A DNA stretch of 64,000 nt from a bacterium (GTDB lineage Bacteria; UBA8248): NCBI GenBank assembly GCA_965261085.1, contig OZ253442.1:2752001-2816000 (forward strand), in the 5' to 3' direction. Each line of letters opens with the position of its first letter. The stretch's first letter is position 1. Below are positions 39,599 through 50,233 of the stretch, one piece after another. Below the pieces are notes generated by a model. The model ran no database searches, was not told the DNA's origin, and saw nothing but the letters and a program-made list of their open reading frames with translations. The translations under genes were made by a program, and so were the position numbers.

Positions 39599-41323
39599 TT
39601 AGCGGGACGTAATGGCGCGAAGCACCTCACGCTCTTGCTTCGCTTTTTCCGCCTCGCCCGTTCTTTCGTAATGCGCCAGCAGGCGCTCATGAACCACACG
39701 AATGAAGGGATTGATCTGCAACACCTCCTCCCACGCCCGGAGTGCGCGATCCGACTTCCCACCCATCTCGCTCACCAGCGCAAGATGCACGTGCGTCATC
39801 GCGTAGTCCGGGTCCACCTCCAACGCTTTTTGAATGTGGCGCTCGGCCTGGGGAATCATGCCCAGATGTATCTCGACCTGGACCGCGCGGTTGAGCAGGG
39901 GCTGGGAGTGCGGCTCATTGCGCAGGGCGCGGCTATATTCGATCAGCGCCGCCCGCATTCTTCCCCGGAACGAAAGTCTGTCGCCCAGCCTCATGCGCCT
40001 TCTGGCCACGGCGCTCTTGAGCGCGGCCAGATCGATCGAACGCTCGTTCATCGGACCTTTGGGCTTGAGCTTCGGCAACGTGACCTGCGAACCCGCATGC
40101 GCGCGGAGTGGGAGTCTTTTGAGATCTTCTATCCAGAGCTTCTCGAACCCGCCCAAGTCGACTCCGGCGACCAATTGAAGCCCCGGCTCCGCGCTTTGGG
40201 GCGGACCGGTGGCCTCGAGTTCAACGAGACTCGCCCGTCTTCGGTAGCGGACCCCGGGCTTTTCATCCCCGGGAGCCGGCGCTCTCTGTGGCCCTTGCGC
40301 GGGCGAGCCGTTCCGGATGCCCGACAGCAGGCGGATGAGCGCGTCCTCACCCATTTTGCGGTGGATGAAATCCACGGCCGAAGCCGCTTCCGCGTAGGCC
40401 AGGTGCACCTCCTGCGGCGTATCGAGATAAATGAGGCTCGGCTCCATTTTCTTGAACGGAACATAGTTGCTCGTCTCTCTGGCCTTGTACAGCAAGGCCT
40501 CCTCACCCGGGTGGAGATAGCTTTCCAGCGCCTTACCCTGCCATTTTTTCTCCAGATACTTGGCGATTCCCTCGTGCAGCCATATGGGAGCGCGGTTTCT
40601 CGTCGCCAGGACAATGAGGTAGTGGACATACTCGTGCGCCGCGGTGTCGAGCCATCGATAGCCCCGCAGGAGCGCGCCGGGGGATAAAAACATCACCTTG
40701 TTGAATTTGCAGACCCCGACCGCGCCTTTCTCCTCGATATCGCGTCTCGAGAGTGTGGATGAACGATGAAAACGGGTCGAATCCGAGAAAAGCTCCACAC
40801 GAATCCGGGCCTTGGGCCGCACGCCCAATTCCTCTCCGTAGCGCGCATAAGCCTTCTCCAGCGTACTGCCCAGATAGGGCAGCAAAACGGCGTCTTCCCC
40901 CGGCTCGTACCAGATGTCGAAATGCTCCGTCTTATGGGCCTTGAACCCTTTCAGAGCCGTTTGCGTCTGGCGCACGTGGAGCCTCAGTTCGAGCCATTCG
41001 CTGTCTCCCGGCCGTTTCTTGAGCGCCGCGTTAAGATTGGCGAGCGATTCGGAATACCTGCCTTCCAGATAATCCGCGGCCCCCGAGAGCGCCCGCCACT
41101 CCGCCGAGCCGGGGGACTTGGCCTCGAGCGATTCGATTTTTTTTCTCGCGTCCGTGAGATTCCACGCCCGAAGCTCATCCACCACCGCACGATAGCCATC
41201 GGGCCGCTCCACGGCCTGGGAGAGTGGCACCGCGCGATTGACGGTATGCGCCCATGCGGGCAGGGCCAAGGTCGCACCCAAGCAAGCGCAAACGAAGCCT
41301 GCAAGAAATTTTTTGAGCATCAT
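39599..41323 (-). CDS. Exported TPR protein with gluzincin (peptidase MA-like) domain
   Basis: Signal peptide (AWA), HEYVH plus WLHEGIA, TPR-like helices at both ends. Confidence 0.8.
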   Translation of the reverse strand: MMLKKFLAGFVCACLGATLALPAWAHTVNRAVPLSQAVERPDGYRAVVDELRAWNLTDARKKIESLEAKSPGSAEWRALSGAADYLEGRYSESLANLNAALKKRPGDSEWLELRLHVRQTQTALKGFKAHKTEHFDIWYEPGEDAVLLPYLGSTLEKAYARYGEELGVRPKARIRVELFSDSTRFHRSSTLSRRDIEEKGAVGVCKFNKVMFLSPGALLRGYRWLDTAAHEYVHYLIVLATRNRAPIWLHEGIAKYLEKKWQGKALESYLHPGEEALLYKARETSNYVPFKKMEPSLIYLDTPQEVHLAYAEAASAVDFIHRKMGEDALIRLLSGIRNGSPAQGPQRAPAPGDEKPGVRYRRRASLVELEATGPPQSAEPGLQLVAGVDLGGFEKLWIEDLKRLPLRAHAGSQVTLPKLKPKGPMNERSIDLAALKSAVARRRMRLGDRLSFRGRMRAALIEYSRALRNEPHSQPLLNRAVQVEIHLGMIPQAERHIQKALEVDPDYAMTHVHLALVSEMGGKSDRALRAWEEVLQINPFIRVVHERLLAHYERTGEAEKAKQEREVLRAITSR

Positions 41324-44300
41324 TTGGTCAACCTGTCGAAATAATTCTCGATCTCGCCGCGCATCCCGCTCGGCAGGCCATCTTTCATCGCCTCCATGAT
41401 CTCTTCCCTGTACTTGGCGGGCACCTTGTACTGTTCCCGGTCGGGTATCAACACCTCACTGAACTGGGTGCCGAGATTGCCGTCTTCCTCCCGCCCCCGC
41501 TGGTTCGAACCGCGCGGTTGGGGAAAATTCGGGTTTCGCGACCACCAGGGCCTGTTCCCGCCCCTGCCCGGCCCCAAAGCGCCGAATCCACGGGGGGTGC
41601 CCAGTCCCAGGCTGCCCCGCTGGGCCATCTGCTGCATGGCCTGCTGCATGGAGTTCTGCCCCTGGGCGAGCTTGCGTATCGCCTCCTCCTCGGGAGGCAC
41701 GGCATGGGAGGAACGGCGTTTCCCCAAAGAGGCGGTGGCCTGCTCCATCGCTTCTCCCGCCTCTGAGATTCTGCGCAGGATGCTCGGGTTGATGAATGGA
41801 TACACCTGCATCATCTGACGCAAGTGCCGCTCGAAAACCCCCAACTTCTTGCGCAAGGACTCCTGCCTGAAGCGCAGGCCGTCGAGCTTTGCGATTTCCG
41901 TGCCGCCTGCGTCTTTTTCTGATTTATCCAGAATCTTCTCGAGGTCCTTGCGCACGTTCTTCCAGGACACAGGCTCTCTCATCGCAAACTGAAGACTCAG
42001 CGACCCGAACAACAACGCAAGGCCATCGATTCCGAGCGCAGACCCAAGCGGCGCAGGCGTAGGACCGATCAAGCCAAACGCAGGTCCAAGCGCGCTCCGA
42101 GCGTCTTGCGCCATCTCCGACACTACCCCCGCGAGGGACCCGGCGCCGGAGTCTTCCTGGCTCTTCGCCACTTTCGGCGCCTCTTCTTCTTTCTTCACTA
42201 CATGCGCGGGAGCGACGCAGGGCGATTCCTCGAGCGTTGCCGCCCATTCCGGCAACCGCTGGAAGATGATTCCCCATTCCCCTTTCTTGAGCATCGCGTC
42301 GAATTCAGAGAGCGCCCGCATTTTCTCGCGCTGAATTTTCTCGGCGCGCGCCTGAGGGGAGAGTTTCTTCTCCTCCGCCACAGCGGGCGGCAGCAATAGC
42401 GGAATCGTCGGCGTCACCGGTTCGGCCTTCTTTGCAGGTTCCGCCTTCGGCAGACAATCTGGCGGGAGCGGCTTGGCGGTCGACTCGCTCGTTTTCTTCC
42501 AATACGCCCGCGCGCTACGTGATACGGTGGCAACATCCTTTGGCCATTTCATCTTCAGGCGATCCACCACGCTCTCGAGCACTCCCACCGTCTCGCCCAG
42601 GATGGCCTGCTGCTCCTTCACGATGGCGGCCAACTCGCTTTGCTGACGCTTGATGGGCCTGCCCCCGCGCTGGCTCATCATCTGCTGGCGCTGCATGCCG
42701 CGCAGCGCATTGCGCATTCTCTGTAGCTGGCTCATCAGGCGCCTGAGCTGCTCCAGGGCGCCCTGGAAATTATTCTTGCGCATCATCTCGCGAATCTGCT
42801 CGAAGGCGCGCATCATGTCCTGCATGGGCATCTCGCGCATGCTGCGCTGGTTCATGAACTCGGCGGGCATGCGCTGGGCCAGCGAAGCCATCTGCTGCAT
42901 CAGTTTACCCAACTGCTCCCTGAGTTTTCCCAACTCCTTCTCCACCCGCCGGAGGGCCTCTTCGTCCGCACCCATTTTGCGCATTTTCTCCAGCGCCTGC
43001 TCGATGGCCCTTTGTCTTTGGAGCATCGATTCCGTCGTGCGGCCCGCCCTGTCCACCCGGACGTTGCGCTGGATTTCCTCCCCCATCGTGGCGAGGCGCT
43101 CCAGCGTTTCCGTCGCCTCCTCCTGCCGGGCGGCTATCTCGCGGTTCAGCCTTTTCTTTTCCTCTTGTGCGTTCTTGCCTAATTTCGACAATCGCGAGAG
43201 GGGTTTTAAGTATTGCGAAATCGCATCCCGCAGTTGGCGTTCCAGAGTGGACAAATCCATGTCGGAGAGCGACTCGCGCGGATTCTTGGGCTTGAGCATC
43301 GCTCTCGTCCGCTTGATCCGATCCAGAATTTTGGCAGCCTTCTTCTCGATGGTTCCGCCTTTGGGGGCGGGCTTCCCCGTTTCCTTCGCTTCTTTGGCCC
43401 TATCTTCCAGCGGCAGATCCTTCTCCAGGTAATCACCCAGCAGGTCGAGGAGTTCGTTCGAAATTTCGCCTAGACTCCTGTCCAGCCCGGCCATCACGGC
43501 TTCCCTGTCGCGTATTTTGATCCGGTAGATTTTACTCGTCCCGATCTTGGGGCCGCTCACCGTATCCACATCCGGTGCGATGAAGCGATAAGAGAGGACT
43601 CCCCCCCGCCGGATGCCCATGCTCCTGAGGTCGAACTCATAGCGGCCAATTACATCGTTCTGGGGAGCCTCACCACCCCACACCTTGATTCTCCTCGGGC
43701 GGCCAGTCCCGAGTCTGGCTTCGAGATACACACTCTTGAGCCCGAAATCATCGGACGCCCGATATTTCACGACTAAGTGCTCGTCGGCCTCCAGCGTGAG
43801 ATCCTTGCCCGGGTGCGTGACCATCACTTTGGGATAGGCGTCGGGGATGATATCGATCTGGTAGCGCTGGGGCGCGAGATTGGAAAACCCGTTCGCATCC
43901 TTCAAGCGAACCTGATAAGAGCCCGCTCCGCCGAGGATCATCTTCCCGCTCAACGAATCGCCGCCCTCTGAGGGCTTGAGCGGCAATCGCCAGCCGTCGG
44001 CCAGTGCGATGAGCGATTCCTGAACCGGTTTGTTCGTCTTCACGGTCAAGTCCACCTCGGACCCCATGTAGGCCCGGATATGACCGCCATTCCCCCCCAT
44101 GCCGGGTTTGAGCTTCGTATACTCGGGTGGATAGTGAAGCACTTCGATGGATTCCACCCTGGGCGGGGCGACCACGCGAACCTCGATCGTCCGCGAACGG
44201 AACCTGCCCGTACGCGCAGTGATGCGCGCATCGGCTCCGGCCGCCAGCCAGCGAGCGCGGAAATGGTGAGGGGCCGTTTTCTCCATCCCGATGGTCGATA

Positions 44301-45012
44301 CGGACCCGGAACCCTGCTGCACCTCCAACTCCACGGAACTCGTCTCACGCCCTCTGGTCTTGACTTCAAGGGTCGTGGGCATCCCGGGAAGAAGCGTCGT
44401 GCGCTCCGCCAAAATCTCCAGGTGAGTGATGCGCAAGGGCATGAGGTCCGCCGCGTTCGCGAGAAGATAACCCGCTCGCGGATAGAGCCCCGGCCAGATG
44501 AACGCCATAAGAAGCACCGCGATGATCAGAACACCGGCGAGCCGCCCGAGCCTTTGAAACCCGGCCTGAGAGACGTAGGCCTCCGGGTCGAGGGATTCCA
44601 CCTCTCGGCTGGTATCGTTCACCAGCGCATCGATGAGCGCGGGCGAGGTGGGGTCGTCATCGCCGAGTTCTCCTTTACGCGGGAAAAGCTGCAGCGAACT
44701 GATGAGGTTGCTGCCCAGGTCCGGATGGGTATCTTCGATGTCGAGGGCGATTCTCTGCCGCCAGGGCCGGCGAGTGGACAGCCACCAGCAGCGGATGAGC
44801 ATCGCGCCCAGCAGAAGTATCGACAGCCCGGCGTAGATGATGGCGGAATAACCGAAGCGAGGCTGCAAGACGACTGCCGCCGGAGCGAGCAGCAATACGG
44901 CCAAAACGCCCACCAGCAGAACCATCCCCGCCTCGAGGCGCCGGACCTTGAGGCGAGCGCGAATCACGGAATCGAGAAACTGGGTTATCTTCTTGAAAGA
45001 TTGCTCGGCCAT
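41320..45012 (-). CDS. DUF4175-like large membrane-anchored coiled-coil protein
   Basis: N-terminal TMs, Ig-like region (PPEYT, ASDDFG), long Q/M-rich coils, C-terminal YRE...I.NYF.RL. Confidence 0.8.
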   Translation of the reverse strand: MAEQSFKKITQFLDSVIRARLKVRRLEAGMVLLVGVLAVLLLAPAAVVLQPRFGYSAIIYAGLSILLLGAMLIRCWWLSTRRPWRQRIALDIEDTHPDLGSNLISSLQLFPRKGELGDDDPTSPALIDALVNDTSREVESLDPEAYVSQAGFQRLGRLAGVLIIAVLLMAFIWPGLYPRAGYLLANAADLMPLRITHLEILAERTTLLPGMPTTLEVKTRGRETSSVELEVQQGSGSVSTIGMEKTAPHHFRARWLAAGADARITARTGRFRSRTIEVRVVAPPRVESIEVLHYPPEYTKLKPGMGGNGGHIRAYMGSEVDLTVKTNKPVQESLIALADGWRLPLKPSEGGDSLSGKMILGGAGSYQVRLKDANGFSNLAPQRYQIDIIPDAYPKVMVTHPGKDLTLEADEHLVVKYRASDDFGLKSVYLEARLGTGRPRRIKVWGGEAPQNDVIGRYEFDLRSMGIRRGGVLSYRFIAPDVDTVSGPKIGTSKIYRIKIRDREAVMAGLDRSLGEISNELLDLLGDYLEKDLPLEDRAKEAKETGKPAPKGGTIEKKAAKILDRIKRTRAMLKPKNPRESLSDMDLSTLERQLRDAISQYLKPLSRLSKLGKNAQEEKKRLNREIAARQEEATETLERLATMGEEIQRNVRVDRAGRTTESMLQRQRAIEQALEKMRKMGADEEALRRVEKELGKLREQLGKLMQQMASLAQRMPAEFMNQRSMREMPMQDMMRAFEQIREMMRKNNFQGALEQLRRLMSQLQRMRNALRGMQRQQMMSQRGGRPIKRQQSELAAIVKEQQAILGETVGVLESVVDRLKMKWPKDVATVSRSARAYWKKTSESTAKPLPPDCLPKAEPAKKAEPVTPTIPLLLPPAVAEEKKLSPQARAEKIQREKMRALSEFDAMLKKGEWGIIFQRLPEWAATLEESPCVAPAHVVKKEEEAPKVAKSQEDSGAGSLAGVVSEMAQDARSALGPAFGLIGPTPAPLGSALGIDGLALLFGSLSLQFAMREPVSWKNVRKDLEKILDKSEKDAGGTEIAKLDGLRFRQESLRKKLGVFERHLRQMMQVYPFINPSILRRISEAGEAMEQATASLGKRRSSHAVPPEEEAIRKLAQGQNSMQQAMQQMAQRGSLGLGTPRGFGALGPGRGGNRPWWSRNPNFPQPRGSNQRGREEDGNLGTQFSEVLIPDREQYKVPAKYREEIMEAMKDGLPSGMRGEIENYFDRLTK

Positions 45013-45129
45013 CTCTCGTTTCCTTCCCCTGAGTGAACGGCGAGGAGCATGAAATGACAATTAAATTGTAGTACATGACGAAAATTACCGCACGTTCGTC
45101 ATAAAAAACCGTGCCTCGGCTTTCTCAGA

Positions 45130-47475
45130 CTAAGCCAGCCCCCAAAGCCGCCGGATGGTCCACTCCAGACCCGGCAGCAGAATGAGAATCATCCCGATCC
45201 AGGGAATGCTCCAGAGCCGCACGTCGCGCACTTCCATCACCCTGTGCGGCACCTTGCCTTTCAAAGCGCCCAGGACGCGGGCGGTCAAATCTTCTTTCCC
45301 CACCGCGTCGGAGCGAAAAAACAGCCCGCCTGTGTTTTTCGCCAGCGTTTGCAGGTTCTCCCAGCGCGGGCTGACGTCGGCCCACTCCGCCTTGCCCGCC
45401 TCGCGTCCGATGCCGATCGTCCGAACCGCCTCGCCGATGACCTGCCCATCCTGGACGGCCGTCATCCTCGCTCGATAGCTCCCGTTCCCCCGGGGGCGAA
45501 AGTGAATCTCGAATTCCCGGGAATCTGGACGATAGGCCGCGCGATACCGGCTGGTGACGCCATAGGGATCGCGAAGCTGCACCTGCACCCGCGCCGCCTG
45601 GGCAGGCTGATAGGATTCGTCCCGCACCTGCATCCTGAGGACGTAGATTCCATCCTTCGTCTGCTCCGCCTCGGGAAGTATCTGGACCTGCGAGCTTCCG
45701 GGGTCGTCCGAGAGCCAGCGGATCATCTGCGCGACCAGGCGGATGTAGAGGCGATTCGTCTTCTCCGCCGCCACCATCCCGAAATTCCATCGCCAGACAT
45801 CGTCCGAGAAAACGGTCACCACCCTGCCTTCGCCGATCCGCTTCGTGGCGAGGAGAGGGACCCCACCGTCTTTCGCGGAAACGAGAATCTGCCCTTTTCC
45901 GAACGGCGTCGTCGAATTGACGCGCCTCAAGGGAGGAAAAGCGGTCCAGAGTTTTTTGTTCTCCTCAAGGTCAGAGGAGAGCTGGGTGATGGGATGTCTG
46001 CCGCCGGTGGGCGTAAGCTGAGCGAGCAGGCGTCTTTTGTCTTGATAATCACTTTCCTGCTGCAAGCGCACGGGCAGAAGATCCTCGATGGGGCTTCGGT
46101 AATATCCGCCTGCGCTAAAGGATTGTCTGCCGCCGAACACGAGCAGCGACCCTCCTTTTCGAACGTACTCTCCCACACGCTTGAGGTAGTAGTTGCTGAA
46201 ATACTCCTGGGCGGAGAAATTATCGAAAACCACGATCTCGAAATTCTTGAGTTCTTCTAAAAACAGCTTGTCCACCGGGAATGGCACGAGGCTCAGGTGT
46301 CGCGTTGGAACACCCGGGTCATCCTCCGATGTCCTCAAAAAGACGAACGACACGAGATCGATGGCGGGATCCCGCTTGAGCGCCATGCGCAAAAACCGAT
46401 AGTTCCACGTGGGAGAGCCCGTAATCGTCAACACCCGAATCTTGTCCCGCCTCACTTCCAGGGGAATCTCTACACGATTGTTCGACTCCACGATTTCGCC
46501 GCGCTGAACGGGTGTAACCACGCTCAATACCTGGCTCCCCACTTCACTCGGCGTAAAACGGAATTTCACGAGACGGCGCAACGGACTGCGCCTGACGTCT
46601 ATCGACTGCGTCCTGATAATGCGGCCCTCGCGCGTCAGGGCAACCGGCAGCTTACGGCCCGAAAAACCCTTTACCGAGAGCGAAACCTCCAGACTCATCT
46701 CCTTTCCCTGAAAGGCGATGCGCGGGGCCTGTATGTCCTGAATAGCGATGTCCCGAAAAGAATCCGGCGCCCCGAAGCCCACCCCGATCAGGGGCGGAAA
46801 GGATTTCACGTCCCCGGGCGGAAGAATCGCCTCGGTTGTATCCCCTCCATCCGAGAGCATCAAAATGCCGAGGGGGCCGTCTTGATTATTTTGATCCCTC
46901 TTTCCCGCCGGAGCGCGCGCCTCCCGGGCGCTTTGCAGAGCGCTCCGGATAGCGCCGAGAGGGTCACTGCCCACGCCTTTGGCCTGAAGGTTTTCGATCT
47001 CCCGCACTCCAATGGGGGTTCTGTGCGCATCGTAGTGGGCGAGTTGCACGTCGTAGAACTTTCTGAGACCGGTGAGCAGGCTCGTCGGCGCATCTCCCTG
47101 CTCCCCCACTTCGGGGGTCTGCGATTTTCCGGGCTTTTTCGGAACCAACAGAAAATCTTTTGCTAAATCGATGCGCGATTTCTTCCTGTTCGCATCCTGA
47201 ACGCTCATGCTCGCCGAACTGTCGACGAGAACGAGCAGCTTGGGCGGCAGGGAGCGCTCGCGCTTGTCGATCAGCGTGGGACCGGCGAGGAAAAAGACGA
47301 TTGCGGCATACAGCAGGCCCCTGAGTCCCTGAAGAAGCCAGACGCGCCTCGGCGGGAGTTTTTCGGTCAAGTCGCGATGTCTGCGAACGAGCGCCCAGCC
47401 CAGCACGGCCGCCACGAGGACGAGCAACCACCAGGGAGCGCCGCCGGGCCAATGGAGTGTGGACCAGTCCATCAT
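45130..47475 (-). CDS. vWA and GATase-like domain membrane protein
   Basis: Two N-terminal TMs, DSSASM MIDAS, LSDG, WRW, C-terminal EW.IRR.WGL. Confidence 0.82.
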   Translation of the reverse strand: MMDWSTLHWPGGAPWWLLVLVAAVLGWALVRRHRDLTEKLPPRRVWLLQGLRGLLYAAIVFFLAGPTLIDKRERSLPPKLLVLVDSSASMSVQDANRKKSRIDLAKDFLLVPKKPGKSQTPEVGEQGDAPTSLLTGLRKFYDVQLAHYDAHRTPIGVREIENLQAKGVGSDPLGAIRSALQSAREARAPAGKRDQNNQDGPLGILMLSDGGDTTEAILPPGDVKSFPPLIGVGFGAPDSFRDIAIQDIQAPRIAFQGKEMSLEVSLSVKGFSGRKLPVALTREGRIIRTQSIDVRRSPLRRLVKFRFTPSEVGSQVLSVVTPVQRGEIVESNNRVEIPLEVRRDKIRVLTITGSPTWNYRFLRMALKRDPAIDLVSFVFLRTSEDDPGVPTRHLSLVPFPVDKLFLEELKNFEIVVFDNFSAQEYFSNYYLKRVGEYVRKGGSLLVFGGRQSFSAGGYYRSPIEDLLPVRLQQESDYQDKRRLLAQLTPTGGRHPITQLSSDLEENKKLWTAFPPLRRVNSTTPFGKGQILVSAKDGGVPLLATKRIGEGRVVTVFSDDVWRWNFGMVAAEKTNRLYIRLVAQMIRWLSDDPGSSQVQILPEAEQTKDGIYVLRMQVRDESYQPAQAARVQVQLRDPYGVTSRYRAAYRPDSREFEIHFRPRGNGSYRARMTAVQDGQVIGEAVRTIGIGREAGKAEWADVSPRWENLQTLAKNTGGLFFRSDAVGKEDLTARVLGALKGKVPHRVMEVRDVRLWSIPWIGMILILLPGLEWTIRRLWGLA

Positions 47476-48324
47476 CTATCCCTGGTTCAATCTGCGCTGG
47501 ATGAAGGGGTGGTGGATGAGGTCTTGCTTGTAGTTGCCCGTCATCGCGTAGAGAGCGATGTTCACCGCCAGATGGAAGGCCGCGAGGCGCTGGGCCTCAC
47601 CGCCAGGGGTGCATTCTTCGAGCCATCCGCCGCCGGGACCCCTCGCCCAGGCGCCGCCCAGGTCGTTTTGGCAAAAGATGACGGGCGTGATCATGCCCAC
47701 GTGAATACCCTGCAGGTCCTGGCTGACGGCCTGGCGTCCGCCGACGGAGCGAATCAGATAATAACTCTTAAAAACGGCGTGCTCGCGCTGGAGCGCCTCA
47801 AAAGAATTTCTGGGAAAAACCAGGCGCATGAGTTTTTTAGCGGCGCCACCGAAGGCCTCTTCTTCAAGCCCGAGGCCATCGTCGATCAGCAAGAACCCCC
47901 CGTAGGTGAGGTGACGCCTCAGATTGTCTATCGCCCTCGAGTCGGGCATCTCGAATTCGTAGCGTCCCGACATATACAAAAAAGGATATTCGAAAATTTC
48001 GGGCGATGAGATGTCCACTGGCTGCGCATCCTGCGCGGTTTCGATGCTCGTGCGATTTCTCACCTCAGTAAGGAAAGACGCCATGGCCGTGGGATATTCC
48101 TGCCAGCGTCCGCCGGAATAGCGAAGTTGCGCCGGCGTGAAATCGGGACGAAAAACTTTTTCATCCTCCGAGGAGCGCGGGAAAAGATTCTTCTGCCACT
48201 CGCTCACAGGAGGAGGAGACTGCGCTTTCGCCCCTCCGGGGAAGCCGAGCAGCGCGGTCGCAGCCATCGCTGCGCGAGCGATGAACGCCCGGCGGCTCAA
48301 GGATGATTTATGGAACATCGACAT
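47476..48324 (-). CDS. DUF4159 protein with Tat signal
   Basis: SRRAFI twin-arginine; YPFLYM.G, GGFLLIDD, NDLGGAW, YKQD. Confidence 0.85.
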   Translation of the reverse strand: MSMFHKSSLSRRAFIARAAMAATALLGFPGGAKAQSPPPVSEWQKNLFPRSSEDEKVFRPDFTPAQLRYSGGRWQEYPTAMASFLTEVRNRTSIETAQDAQPVDISSPEIFEYPFLYMSGRYEFEMPDSRAIDNLRRHLTYGGFLLIDDGLGLEEEAFGGAAKKLMRLVFPRNSFEALQREHAVFKSYYLIRSVGGRQAVSQDLQGIHVGMITPVIFCQNDLGGAWARGPGGGWLEECTPGGEAQRLAAFHLAVNIALYAMTGNYKQDLIHHPFIQRRLNQG

Positions 48325-49129
48325 CTGGCAATACCACGTAAGTTGTCGGAGGAGGGAGTCTTTTTCTCGTCAAAACAAGCTCGGTGTCCTTCGGTCGAAG
48401 AACTCTGGTGATGCCCTCGGCCTTCAGAGCCTTTCCGAACTCTCCAGTCAATTCGGGACCAAAATAGTGCATCGGTATCACGATATTGGGTCCGATGCGC
48501 TTGACGATCTTGGCCGCCACTTCGTGGGGCACGGTGAAGGAGCCGTCGATCGGGAGCAGAAGCACGTGAATTTTCCCCAGCGCCCGAATTTGTCCGGGCG
48601 ATGGGCCGAAGCGCGCGTTCCCAAAGTGCGCGACGCAAAGCCCGCCCGCCTGAAAGACGTGGATGGTGTTGAGCACGAAGGGATGGTTCTCGTCCCCGTC
48701 GACCTGGGGGAAAGAAGAGATTCTCAGGTTCCCGAATTTTTCGTCGATTGCGTTGGGCTTTCCCTCTTTCGTCACGCCGAAGAAAATCGCCGACTTGCCC
48801 ACGTAGGGTCCCGTGATGGAGTGGGTCTCATGAAAATTACTGACGGTGACGGCCTCGGGCGGCGGATCAAGAATGGGGATGACGTAGGGGTCCATCACGG
48901 CCCGCCCGCCACCCGGCGCGCTGATCAGGAAACTCGAATGGCCCAGGTATTTGAGCCGCACCTCGCGAGTTCGCCGAACACTCGCCCAACCGCCTCTCAT
49001 CGAAACGGGGATAAAGCGCCCATCGAGGCGGACGATCCCCGGCTTGCAGATGCCCTCGGCAGCCCATGCGAGAGTGGATGAGAGGATGAGCGCAGATAAG
49101 ACGAGAAAAGCCGAAAAAATGGCTCTCAT
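48308..49129 (-). CDS. Exported MBL-fold protein with degenerate metal motif
   Basis: Signal peptide, YLGHSSFLI, DPY, VSNFHETH, HFGN, IPMHY. Confidence 0.78.
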   Translation of the reverse strand: MRAIFSAFLVLSALILSSTLAWAAEGICKPGIVRLDGRFIPVSMRGGWASVRRTREVRLKYLGHSSFLISAPGGGRAVMDPYVIPILDPPPEAVTVSNFHETHSITGPYVGKSAIFFGVTKEGKPNAIDEKFGNLRISSFPQVDGDENHPFVLNTIHVFQAGGLCVAHFGNARFGPSPGQIRALGKIHVLLLPIDGSFTVPHEVAAKIVKRIGPNIVIPMHYFGPELTGEFGKALKAEGITRVLRPKDTELVLTRKRLPPPTTYVVLPDVDVP

Positions 49130-49386
49130 CACCGGAAAGCAATCTTTTCGGCGCGGAAAAGAGCAACGTTTCCCAGAGGTGGGGTTCAATATGTCGTCCC
49201 CCGTAACGACATCGCTACGACATTGCGATGTCAGCAAAGCGACAACGCGGCGGCAGTGCGAATGACCTATTCTACAGCATTTATACCATTCGTGAATAGT
49301 CAGCCCCCAAACTCCGGCCTTTCATCCAAGCAGACAGACTGCTGTATACTAGGCGCATATGCATCCTAGAAAAGGGAAAACATCCC

Positions 49387-50178
49387 ATGTTCAAAAAAAT
49401 GATGAGCCTTACAATCATTGCGCTGGTATTATCGGTCATATCCCCCGCGGCCCATAGCGCGGAGATTTCGATCCCGATCACCGGCCCAGACGGTCACCTG
49501 TATGATGGAAACCTCTATCTGCCGAACGCAACAATCCCCGTGCCTATCGTGGTGATGATCCCCGGAACGGACGGCGTGGATCAACGACACAGCTTCTACC
49601 GAGCCCGCCTGCTGCCTCTGGGCATCGGAACATACTCCCTCGACATCAAGTCCGGCGTGTTCACCAGCAGCCGCAACCGCCCGCCAGTTAAGCATTTCCT
49701 ACCCGTCGTGGTCGAGGCGTTGCGCTCGCTTCGCAAACGTCCCGAGATTGACGGGAATCGTATCGCCATCATGGGATGGTCATTTGGTGGCGCGGTGGCG
49801 TTACGCCTTGTGCAGCGCCGATATACCGATGAGTTGCTCAACTCAGGAGAAGGCGCCTTTGCGGCCTATGCGGGAATCTACGGAGGCTGCGCCCGTAGGG
49901 ACTACTTGCTACTGGATGTTCCCATATTGGTGGTCATGGGAACCGCCGACACAATCACTAACCCGGAAAAGTGCGAGCGTTTCGCCACGCTTTACCCGAG
50001 AGCGCTTTACCCGAACATCAAGGTGATCTTCCTGGAAGGCGCACACCACGGATTCGACAAGGAAGGCGTCGACAAAAACCGACGTGGTAGAATCATGCGG
50101 TGGGATGCCGAGGCGGCCGCCATATCGCTCGATCGCGTAACCAAATTTTTCAAAAAGCATCTTAAAAAGGGAAACTGA
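49387..50178 (+). CDS. Exported dienelactone-hydrolase-like alpha/beta hydrolase
   Basis: Signal peptide, GWSFGG nucleophile elbow, GTAD, HGFD. Confidence 0.8.
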   Translation: MFKKMMSLTIIALVLSVISPAAHSAEISIPITGPDGHLYDGNLYLPNATIPVPIVVMIPGTDGVDQRHSFYRARLLPLGIGTYSLDIKSGVFTSSRNRPPVKHFLPVVVEALRSLRKRPEIDGNRIAIMGWSFGGAVALRLVQRRYTDELLNSGEGAFAAYAGIYGGCARRDYLLLDVPILVVMGTADTITNPEKCERFATLYPRALYPNIKVIFLEGAHHGFDKEGVDKNRRGRIMRWDAEAAAISLDRVTKFFKKHLKKGN

Positions 50179-50233
50179 GACACTACCCCACGTCGGCGAG
50201 CAAAACCGACAACGCAGCTTCCCTTTCTCCCCC

